Shown here piece after piece: positions 58,001 to 64,000 of a stretch of DNA of 64,000 nt (position 1 is the stretch's first letter; every line of letters begins with the position of its first letter). The notes below the pieces were generated by a model. That model was not told the origin of the DNA, made no database searches, and worked only from the letters and a program-made list of their open reading frames with translations. The stretch covers positions 129,301 through 193,300 of the forward strand of contig JANOEP010000016.1 in NCBI GenBank assembly GCA_031441465.1, given 5' to 3'. This stretch comes from a bacterium (GTDB taxonomy: Bacteria; Krumholzibacteriota; Krumholzibacteriia; LZORAL124-64-63). Both the position numbers and the translations under genes were made by a program.

Positions 58001-58235
58001 GTCGACGACGATCCGCCTGGATCTGCCGACGCCGCAGCGGGTGCGGCTGGGGATCTACGCGGTGGACGGGTCGCTCGTGCGCAGGCTGTTCGACGAGGAA
58101 CTGCCGGCCGGGACTCACCAGGCGGTGTGGGACGGGCGCAACCGCAACGGCGGGCGTGTGGCTTCCGGGGTGTACTTCTACCGGGTGGAGACGCCTGGGG
58201 ATGTGGTGACTCGGAAGATGCTGTTGGTCAAATAG
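52092..58235 (+). CDS. Large secreted FG-GAP/VCBS-repeat, ASPIC-UnbV (CRTAC1-like) protein with FlgD-Ig/T9SS-like CTD
   Basis: 21 WxD(Y/F)DxDxxxD repeats in three groups of 7, each followed by AIGARV..EFGLG; FN3/Ig-like linkers; NFPNPFNPSTTI..GVYFYRV..KMLLVK tail. Confidence 0.92.
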   Translation: MMFPTTKFARCCGAVSLLVLALTVAAGPAAAQWTDATTPVLADILPSHGVSWADFDLDGDLDIYLANNGNNKLFRNGGEDPGNPGQWLWDNVAPTNGTGIGSNQVSSVGVWGDYDNDGDPDLYLSNTQGANHLFRNDPVNPGLPIDHNRVFVDVTNSLILGSTRATQSVAWVDYDNDGDLDLYQADPVTNYLLRNDGADPQVPGFTTFTNVTAATGTTDTYDSYGVAWADYDKDGDQDLYIANYNGPSKMLRNDPQTPGDPDDPDRVFVNVTAAAGLTFTGPSRGASWGDFDNDGDMDLYVTNYGTANRLYRNNGGVFQSIGAAAGVADTGNGRHCCWVDYDNDADLDLWVTNYDNGIVTNDSRLYRNDGPDGSNPNGWLFVNAAGTLLANNLGLGSSAGWADYDDDGDLDMYFVNWNADHPNKLVRNDLASGADYLHLDLVGRLSNASAIGARVRVVTGTSTQIREVNGGEGYHGQNSLRAEFGLGMSAVIDSVIVRWPSGVVQELGALMPNQVFTVVETGPDSPVMVAEPAYTSGTTNTVSWSDESGSGAVAYRVQAALDTGFTTLVGDSGWIAGLSHEFTGLSDGQLVRFRVRARDAGGIASRWSGSVGSLQDNAPPVSSINALASPQQDVPFGVAYLATDTGSGVASVALYYRVDPGAWTLFGSRADGQPIVFTSPEGPATYELYTLATDNIGNLEAAPPIADETVVVEPAHWVNVAPADGSGVGNNGNGRGAAWGDYDGDGLYDLFITNRPVWFLPNDDTDHLYHNLGPDLGNPDSWLFQDVTTGAMADPAYGQGISWGDFDGDGDLDVYQSNMAVGGPAPNHLWRNNGNGSFTDIAPQTGTTDPAGSGRAACWVDFDLDGDLDLYLCNDGPNYLWRNDGEDPLNPGQWLFVNVAPTDGTGIGDDMYTMGCSWIDYDNDGDPDLHLANYNNGPDRLFRNDGEDLQNPGQWVFTNVAALMGLEDTGNGMNASWGDYDNDGWLDLYLANDGPNRLYHRVPGVNHFEDVTAVSGAGLAGNAYTAGTGWADYDNDGDLDLYVGNHWTDATGDWVPNQLFRNDGEDPLNPGRWVFTNAAPASGAGIGAGENTTATAWADYDNDGDLDIYLCNMSGTPNFLFRNDVPDAQTNHWLQLDLVSLSANTSAIGARVRCVVGGTSMLREVEGITGFLSQNSLTVEFGLGAATAADSILIRWPSGIEQNLANVPADQRLEVIESGPGRPVLAALPAITVGDSLVLAWSPVTGSAPVTYEAELSADAAFTQVLAGSGWITETSYTFIGLADAFTGFYRVRSRDAERLISLWSNTVTTTQDASPPASSVDPVVIAFQGLPFEVTATATDAVSGVARVDLWYRHGDDQGPFTLYGSHTDGSPFFFELPDSLGVYYFYTTSADSAGNEEPAPAGWDRTVTVTQPQWVLVSPTDGSGVGNNGNGRGAAWGDYDQDGDHDLFITNRIVYQNSADATSHLFRNDGAVPGEHDNWLFADVSVPPMTTEGYGQGVAWGDFDGDGDLDLYQTYMQVNENSPAPNRLYRNDGGGAFTEIGLEAGVNDGGSGRSCAWADYDQDGDLDLYLCNNGANRLYRNDGFDPETRALWVFTNVAPADSTGIGDGSYTMGCAWGDFDNDGDPDLYLANYNSQPDRLFRNDGADPQNPGEWLFTDIAAEVGMADTGSGLGCTWGDFDNDGLLDLYVSNDGPNFLYHNVSAGLMTGKLGRRAQDAADNAAEKAAPTIQFTDIAPLYDVGLDDGLYGAGIGWADYDNDGDLDLYLGNHWNANGDPAPNRLFRNEGPDPEHTQGWLFTNAAPTHLGLNIADDSSTNGVAWADYDGDGDLDLYMASMMGRNNKLFRNDVADSTGNHWLQLDLSAPYLNTYAIGARVRCVAGGKSMLRDVDGGSGFLSQGSLTLEFGLGAAAVADTVEILWPDGYHHLMLNVPGDQRLLITQPVTAVGDDGPAPTPLAFRVYDNFPNPFNPSTTIRLDLPTPQRVRLGIYAVDGSLVRRLFDEELPAGTHQAVWDGRNRNGGRVASGVYFYRVETPGDVVTRKMLLVK

Positions 58236-58257
58236 ATCGAACGGCCAGCGTTGATTT

Positions 58258-58291
58258 GGAGTGGCCCCGGGCGCGTGCTCGGGGCCATTCC
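58258..58291 (+). terminator. Hairpin terminator
   Basis: ggagtggccccgggc / gctcggggccattcc stem with G-U pairs, followed by tgttg. Confidence 0.55.
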
Positions 58292-58618
58292 TGTTGATGG
58301 GATGGTGGAGGTTGGTAACCGAAGAGGGTGTGTGGAGGCGCACTGAGCCTCTTCGGCACGACCACGCCGCCGATGGCAGCCGAGTCTCCAGTTGGGAACC
58401 GGCGACTACCCGTTGGCCGACAAGCCGCCCGCGCTGGAAATCCCGCCGCATCCGAATGGAACGCTGGTACGCCATTATGATGGAAAATGTCGGCCTCCCT
58501 GAGTCGACGATCTATGTATGTAGTTGCCAATATAGACGATGTAGAAATGGCTCGAAGCTTGCTGATGGATGTGTTGCGAACGTAAGCAGGCAAGGAACGC
58601 ACACGAAAGAGGTTTCTC

Positions 58619-58792
58619 ATGGGCGAGCACATCGACAAGTCCAAGGGCAATATCAAGAAGGCGGCAGGCGTGTTGACCGGCGACAAGAAGCTTGAGCGCG
58701 AAGGCAAGCGGGACATCGCCAAGGGGCAGATCAAAGGGGCGATCAACGAGACCAAGGATGCCGTGAAGGACGTGAGGAAGTCGCTCAAGTAG
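58619..58792 (+). CDS. csbD: CsbD family stress protein (57 aa)
   Basis: MGEHIDKSKGNIKKAAGVLTGDKKLEREGKRD..; GAGG RBS; too short for the ORF track. Confidence 0.85.
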   Translation: MGEHIDKSKGNIKKAAGVLTGDKKLEREGKRDIAKGQIKGAINETKDAVKDVRKSLK

Positions 58793-58873
58793 GGAGTCGA
58801 ATCGCAAGGCGCACATCATCCGGCCGATCGCTACATGCTCTGTTCGGTCGGCAGCTTGGAAAGGGAAACCACC

Positions 58874-58965
58874 GTGAGTTAGGATTCGCTCATCATCGTC
58901 ATCGTGTTGGTCTTTGTCCTGTTCGGCGGCGGCGGCGGCTACTATTGGCGAAGACGCCGGCGGTG
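58874..58965 (+). pseudogene. Degenerate small membrane peptide (DUF3309-like)
   Basis: GTG AGT TAG then DSLIIVIVLVFVLFGGGGGYYWRRRRR; in-frame TAG at codon 3. End coordinate approximate. Confidence 0.45.
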
Positions 58966-59105
58966 GGTACTCACCATCAAGGCGACCAGCTCTGAAGAAG
59001 ACTGTCGGAGAGCCCGATCTGCGCGCCGCAGATTCCATCAATAACCAGCGATCGTGCGGGGCCTGGAGGATGCGGACCTGCAGGGTCCCGGGAGAGGTGC
59101 GGAAC

Positions 59106-59543
59106 ATGTCCGGAACGAGGTCGAGCATCGGCCGCGGCGAGGATCAGCGGTTACAGCACTATCTACAGCACATCGAGCGGTACGAGATACTGTCGATGGA
59201 AGAGGAATTCGAGCTGGCGCGGCGCATACGGGACGGCGACCGGGAGGCGCTCGATCGACTGGTCAACGCCAATCTGCATCACGTCGTCGGGATCGCGCGG
59301 GGGTTTCTCAATCACGGACTCGACGACATGGATCTGATTGCGGAGGGCAACGTCGGCCTGATCTCGGCCGCCCACAACTTCGACTGCAGTCGGGAGATCC
59401 GGTTCATCTCCTTCGCGAAACTGTGGATCGGCCGGGCGATCCGCAAAGCGGTCGTGGTTCATCTCCGGGTGCCTCGCCTGCCGTCCACGCTGGTGATCGG
59501 TTCTTCGCCCTGGCTGCAGAACACTTCGTCGTGGGCGGACTAG
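59106..59543 (+). pseudogene. Truncated RpoD/RpoS-type sigma factor (regions 1.2 and 2 only)
   Basis: YLQHIERYEILSMEEEFEL, LVNANL..V..IAR, DLIAEGNVGL and RFISFAKLWI motifs; stops before regions 3-4. Confidence 0.7.
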
Positions 59544-59600
59544 GTCCGACGACGTACAATCGGCCATCGGATGCCACCAAACCACGGGAGGAGAGTACTC

Positions 59601-61148
59601 TTGCCTACTACCAGATCAAGAGTGTTTCTCTACGCAGTGGCGGGCATCTTCCTATTGGCGCCGCGGGCGACCCTCGCCCAGCCGAGGGGATTCGACCACC
59701 ACCAAGTGGTCAAGATCAAGGTGGCCGATGAAGCACAGCTCGAAGCGCTGAGTATCCTGGATGCCGCCAGCAGGGATCTTGAGATCTGGTCCGAGGTGTT
59801 GCGGGTCGGCGTCATCGAAGCTCGGGTCTCACCCGACCAGAAGCGAGAGCTGGACGCCGGCGGGCTCGAGTACACCGTCCTCATCGAGAACCTGCAAGCC
59901 CACATCGACGGGATGTACGCCGACCAGGGGCGGGGCTTCTTCGACGAGTACCGCACCTACGACGAGCAAATCACCTTCCTGAACGACCTGGCCGCCCAAT
60001 ATCCGACGCTGGCCCAGACCGTGGATCTGGGCCGGTCGGTGCAGGGGCGTACGCTGCAAGCCCTCCGGATCACCGGTTCCGGTGCAAGCAAGGTCGGCTT
60101 GATCTACCACGGCGCCCAGCATGGCAACGAGCAAAGCGGCGCCATGCTGGTCGCCTACGTGGCCCACCATCTGCTCGCGAATTACGCAACGGATCCGGCG
60201 ATACGGGCTCTGGTGGACAACGCCGAGTGGTACCTGCTGCCGATCATGAATCCCGACGGGTACGAGACGTACGATCGGTACAACGGGCACGGGTTCGACT
60301 TGAACCGCAACTGGGGCGGCCCCGGGAGCGGGAGCACCCCGGCGAGTGGGCCTTATCCCTTCTCTGAGCCGGAAACCGCGGCCCTACGCGATTTCTTCCT
60401 GACTCACCCGAACGTTCGCCTGCATCTGGACCTGCACGGCTACGATCCCTGGTTCGGGTGGCCCTGGGCATCCACATCCGACACCTGTCCTGACTACAGT
60501 ACTTTCTATTCTGCGGGTGACGTGGTCCGCGCCCTGATTTCCGCGGCAGGCGGGCCTTCGTACTCCATCGGCGCGATCTCTGAAGTCACCTACCCCGTCA
60601 TCGGCAGTTCCGTGGACTACAGCTACGGAGATCTCAACCTGTGGGCCTACGCCCTCGAGATGGCGAGCCCCACCATCCCGGGCATCTATGATCATTACTC
60701 TTCATCCCTGCTGTTCCTCGCGTCCTGGGTCAGCGACTGCAACGACAACGGCATCCCCGATCTCGAGGAGATCGCCGGTGGCGGCGTACCGGACTTCAAC
60801 GATAACGGCATCCCAGACGCGTGTGACCTCGCATCCGGTCATTTTGTCGACGTACCGTCCGGACTCGCCACCCGGATGGCTCTGCACGATTCCCGCCCCA
60901 ACCCCTTCAACCCCCAAACGACCATCGCCTTCGATCTGCCGGCAGAGACGGCGGTGAGTCTGCGCGTCTACGACGTTCGGGGCGCTCTGGTGCGCACGCT
61001 GGTCGACGCCGACCTGCCCCGCGGCAGTCACCAGGCGACCTGGGACGGCCGGGACGCGTCGGGCCGAGGCATGGCATCCGGCAGTTATTCCGCTCGTCTG
61101 GAGGCGGGGGGGAGGGTGGAGGCGGTGTGGATGGCGTTGGTCAGGTGA
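59601..61148 (+). CDS. Secreted M14 zinc carboxypeptidase with FlgD-Ig/T9SS-like CTD
   Basis: HGNE, NPDG, DLNRN, LDLHGY and ALEM motifs; DCNDNGIPD Ca-binding repeats; PNPFNPQTTI tail. TTG start after GGGAGGAG (alternative ATG at 59571). Confidence 0.88.
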   Translation: MPTTRSRVFLYAVAGIFLLAPRATLAQPRGFDHHQVVKIKVADEAQLEALSILDAASRDLEIWSEVLRVGVIEARVSPDQKRELDAGGLEYTVLIENLQAHIDGMYADQGRGFFDEYRTYDEQITFLNDLAAQYPTLAQTVDLGRSVQGRTLQALRITGSGASKVGLIYHGAQHGNEQSGAMLVAYVAHHLLANYATDPAIRALVDNAEWYLLPIMNPDGYETYDRYNGHGFDLNRNWGGPGSGSTPASGPYPFSEPETAALRDFFLTHPNVRLHLDLHGYDPWFGWPWASTSDTCPDYSTFYSAGDVVRALISAAGGPSYSIGAISEVTYPVIGSSVDYSYGDLNLWAYALEMASPTIPGIYDHYSSSLLFLASWVSDCNDNGIPDLEEIAGGGVPDFNDNGIPDACDLASGHFVDVPSGLATRMALHDSRPNPFNPQTTIAFDLPAETAVSLRVYDVRGALVRTLVDADLPRGSHQATWDGRDASGRGMASGSYSARLEAGGRVEAVWMALVR

Positions 61149-61220
61149 GCCCGGCCGGAACCGGGTTCAGGGCCATCGTCGCGATCGTCGTGCCGACACC
61201 GGGGCACGGATCCCGCGGCC

Positions 61221-61718
61221 TCAGTTGCGCAGCGATACCGCGCTCTCGATGTCGACGAGGTTGCCCGTCTCGTCGTCCGTCTGGTACTCGTAGTGGACCG
61301 TTCGGGGCGAGACCAGATCCGTTCCGAATCGCATGTTCTGCAGTCTCATGGAGGTCACGCGGGCGCCGGTGCTGTCGGCCAGCGTCGAGTTGGTGTTGTC
61401 CCATTCGAGCCGGTACGTCACGATCCCGTCCCTGTCCAGCAGGGCCAGGCCGTTGCCCGGATCGGTCGGCGTCGTCCGATCGGGGACGGTGTAGATCATG
61501 AAGTCCGACGCGGTCCGCACCCGGCGGCTGATCACGGTCGAGAGCTGGCTGGCTTCCCGCTGGGCGACCAGCTTGCGGGCGCCCAGCCGGAAGCTGCGGT
61601 TCACGCCCTGGTAGACCGACCCGGCCCCGAGCATGACCACCAGGCTCAGCATGATGACGATCATCATCTCGGTCAGGGTCAGGCCGCGTTGCCGGCTCTC
61701 AGAACGGATTGGATGCAT
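61221..61718 (-). CDS. Prepilin-type (PilW-like) minor pilin
   Basis: QRG|LTLTEMMIVIMLSL class III signal with Glu at +5. Confidence 0.8.
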   Translation of the reverse strand: MHPIRSESRQRGLTLTEMMIVIMLSLVVMLGAGSVYQGVNRSFRLGARKLVAQREASQLSTVISRRVRTASDFMIYTVPDRTTPTDPGNGLALLDRDGIVTYRLEWDNTNSTLADSTGARVTSMRLQNMRFGTDLVSPRTVHYEYQTDDETGNLVDIESAVSLRN

Positions 61719-63057
61719 CCCAGGTCTCCTCCCAGCCCGTCTCCTCGTACACGCCCGTGAGGGGGTAGGACGGCGGCACGCGACCGGTCACGCGTGGGTC
61801 GTAGTGGTAGTTCTTCCGGTAGCCGTGGATGATCGTGTTCCCGCTGAACTGGCCCACTGCGCCCCGGTACCTCTGGATCAGGCCGCCCCAGATGGTCAGC
61901 GTCCCCCGCGGGGGGCCCGACGAGTAATTTTCGGCCTGGATCGACGTGCCGAGCGCCATCAGCACCGCGTTGACGATCAGGTTGTTGCGGTTCTCCGCAT
62001 TGTCCGCGAAAACGATGTTCCGCTCCGCCACGAGCCCGAGCAGGTCGTCGCACCCGGGCTGGGGCACTCCCTGCGCGTCGCTGGCCTGGTACGTGATGTT
62101 GTCCACGATCCGGACATCCAGGTGGCTCGCGACCGTCAACTCGCCGTCCAGGACGCCCTTGATGTGGACGATGTTGTCGCTGTAGAAGATCGAACTCGCC
62201 AGGTTCGAGATTTGGACCGAGGTCCAGTCGCCGTTCGGGGGGGTGTGGTCCCGGTAGCGGAACCACCCCGGCGAGGTGACGGCCGCCTGGATGCCGGTGA
62301 CGCCCAGTTCGATGTCCGTCTCCGGTGCGCGGTACAGGCCGCTGAACAGGCTCTCTTGCCGGAGATCCGGGGTGGTGGCCGGCACCGGGATCTGGGGCGC
62401 GTTCAGTTCGGCCCCCTCCGCGAAGTAGGGGTTGTTCCCGCCGACCGGCCAGTTGTTCATGTCGTCGACCCGGCTGTTCCGGTAGGCGGTCATGTGGTCG
62501 GAGGCGGAAGTGACCAGGCCGAGGAACTGCGGGCTGCCGGAGATGCAGAGGCTCCCGTTCGTGTGCAGGCGCCCCCCGATCACGTCGCCCGTGATGTGCC
62601 AGATCTGGCTGCCGTTGTGCGATTCGTCGTCGGTGAACATGGCGTACTGCGCGAACGAAGTCATGCGGACCCTCTGCCGGATCCGCCGCTCGATCCCGCC
62701 CGAATTGCCGACGCAGTCCAGCACGAAGGCCTTCTCGACGGACCACTGGGCGTTCGTGTCGACGAGGCAATGGACGGTGTAGCTGCCTCCGTCCGGCCCG
62801 GCGACGTCCTGGTAGATGAAGCGGTCCGCGGTGGGCGGGCTGTGGAGCTCCGACAGGAAGCGCAACGCCCGCGCCTTGCCGCTCTCCGCCAGCCAGAAGG
62901 CGCGCTGCGCATCCAGGTTGTTCTGCGACGCGATGGTCTCGTTCCCGGCCATCGAGAAGAATGCGGCGCCGATGATGCCGATCACGAAGACCAGGATCAT
63001 CACCACGGCCAGGGCATATCCCTCTTCGCCGGATCCCGTTCGGGTCGTGCGCTTCAC
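61699..63057 (-). CDS. PilX N-terminal-like minor pilin (DUF4900-like)
   Basis: EEG|YALAVVM, AFWLAESG, GRLHTNG and GYRKNYHYDPR..PP motifs. Confidence 0.78.
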   Translation of the reverse strand: MKRTTRTGSGEEGYALAVVMILVFVIGIIGAAFFSMAGNETIASQNNLDAQRAFWLAESGKARALRFLSELHSPPTADRFIYQDVAGPDGGSYTVHCLVDTNAQWSVEKAFVLDCVGNSGGIERRIRQRVRMTSFAQYAMFTDDESHNGSQIWHITGDVIGGRLHTNGSLCISGSPQFLGLVTSASDHMTAYRNSRVDDMNNWPVGGNNPYFAEGAELNAPQIPVPATTPDLRQESLFSGLYRAPETDIELGVTGIQAAVTSPGWFRYRDHTPPNGDWTSVQISNLASSIFYSDNIVHIKGVLDGELTVASHLDVRIVDNITYQASDAQGVPQPGCDDLLGLVAERNIVFADNAENRNNLIVNAVLMALGTSIQAENYSSGPPRGTLTIWGGLIQRYRGAVGQFSGNTIIHGYRKNYHYDPRVTGRVPPSYPLTGVYEETGWEETWDASNPF

Positions 63058-63070
63058 GTCCTCACCTGCC

Positions 63071-63186
63071 TCAGTTGTCGTAGACGAGGGTCACCAGCGA
63101 CGCCGTCCGCGTGGCCGTCGGCGTCGCGTCCCAGGTGACGGTGCTCCGGACCGTCATCATGTCGGGATCCGGAACGTCCGTCTCTG
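63071..63186 (-). other. C-terminal remnant of a probable PilV-like pilin, fused in frame to the clpB fragment
   Basis: [27 protein letters not shown], host-like GC, directly upstream of the PilX-like RBS. Junction approximate. Confidence 0.5.
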
Positions 63187-64000
63187 CGGCAATCGCCCTG
63201 ATCTGCGCAATCTCGAGCGGATGATAGATGACTGTTTCATCAATCCTGTTCAAGAACTCCGGCTTAAAGCTCTCCTTCAACGCCTCCAGGACCATGCTTC
63301 GCATCTTTGCATACTCTGTCGTGTTATACTGCTGAATCCATTGTGAACCGACATTGCTTGTCATGATGATGACGCAGTTTCTGAAGTCGACGGTTCTCCC
63401 CTGGCCATCTGTCAGGCGGCCGTCATCAAGCAGTTGGAGGAGAACGTTGAATATTTCCGGGTGCCCCTTTTCGATCTCGTCAAAGAGGACAATGCTGTAC
63501 GGTCTTCTCCTGACCGCCTCTGTCAGCTGTCCCCCTTCTTCATAACCGACATAGCCCGGAGGTGCACCGATCATTCTGGCAACCGAATGTTTCTCCTGAT
63601 ATTCACTCATGTCGATCCTGACAATGGCCTGATCGTTGTCGAAAAGAAGCTGCGCCAGGGCACGGGCTGTTTCAGTCTTGCCGACGCCGGTCGGGCCGAG
63701 AAAAATGAATGAGCCGATCGGGCGATTCGGGTCGGAGAGCCCCGATCGTGAACGGCGCACAGCATTGGCGACCAGAACCAGTGCTTCGTCCTGGCCGACG
63801 ACCCTTTTCTTGAGGCGGTCCTCCAGATGGATCAGTTTTTCCGATTCGCTCTCCAGCATCCGGTTAACCGGTATGCCGGTCCATTTGGCAACAATCTCAG
63901 CCACCATTTCCCCATCAACCTCTTCCGGGAGCATTCTGCCTGTTTCCTGCCGAAGAACAAGGTCCTGCTGGCCCTCCTCAATCTGTTTTTCCAGGACAGG
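63187..64000 (-). CDS. clpB: ClpB chaperone fragment (end of M-domain plus NBD2), lacking its own C-terminus
   Basis: Open from the window edge; [37 protein letters not shown] and [10 protein letters not shown] motifs; GC about 50-55%. Confidence 0.85.

Noticed and set aside
51864..58475. 2203-aa minus-strand ORF
   Set aside because: Antisense shadow of the FG-GAP gene caused by high-GC codon bias; no recognisable motifs.
58880..58882. In-frame TAG as pyrrolysine or stop-codon reassignment
   Set aside because: TAG terminates many intact genes in this window (e.g. 21072, 28124, 58235), and no pyl genes are seen; decay or sequencing error is more likely.

Overview
A GC-rich bacterial window, roughly 70% GC by eye over most of its length. 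Several secreted proteins carry FlgD-Ig/T9SS-like C-terminal domains and others carry a short W-(G/S)-S-V-K-(S/T)-L-Y-R tail, which suggests (inference) an FCB-superphylum candidate lineage such as Krumholzibacteriota, Latescibacterota or Eisenbacteria. Gene content: two tandem ATP-grasp ligases plus a GNAT; secreted GH13 and GH53 hydrolases; GtrA and DUF2723 glycosylation genes; carAB; an OprO/P-like porin; hemerythrin; an MtfA-like peptidase; an amidase; a HAL-family lyase with an Ala-Cys-Gly triad; lepB; a metal-uptake operon; a VPS10-like hydrolase; msrB; a PLP decarboxylase; a heme-oxygenase-like diiron protein; FadD; a CpcT-like lipoprotein; phoBR; a 19-heme c/b cytochrome fusion; a 2047-aa triple FG-GAP/ASPIC protein; a lower-GC patch (csbD, truncated sigma factor); an M14 peptidase; and minor-pilin-like genes. 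The last ~800 bp are a lower-GC clpB fragment fused in frame to an unrelated C-terminus, probably a chimeric join. Main unexplained signals: (1) five copies of a covarying two-hairpin element, always in the sense orientation directly after a stop codon, each closed by a long locus-specific inverted repeat that can include the gene's last codons; (2) a His/Cys-rich leader ORF ending in a RAPP arrest motif ahead of the metal-uptake operon; (3) a short shared C-terminal motif that may be a sorting signal. No rRNA, tRNA, CRISPR array or transposase was recognised.
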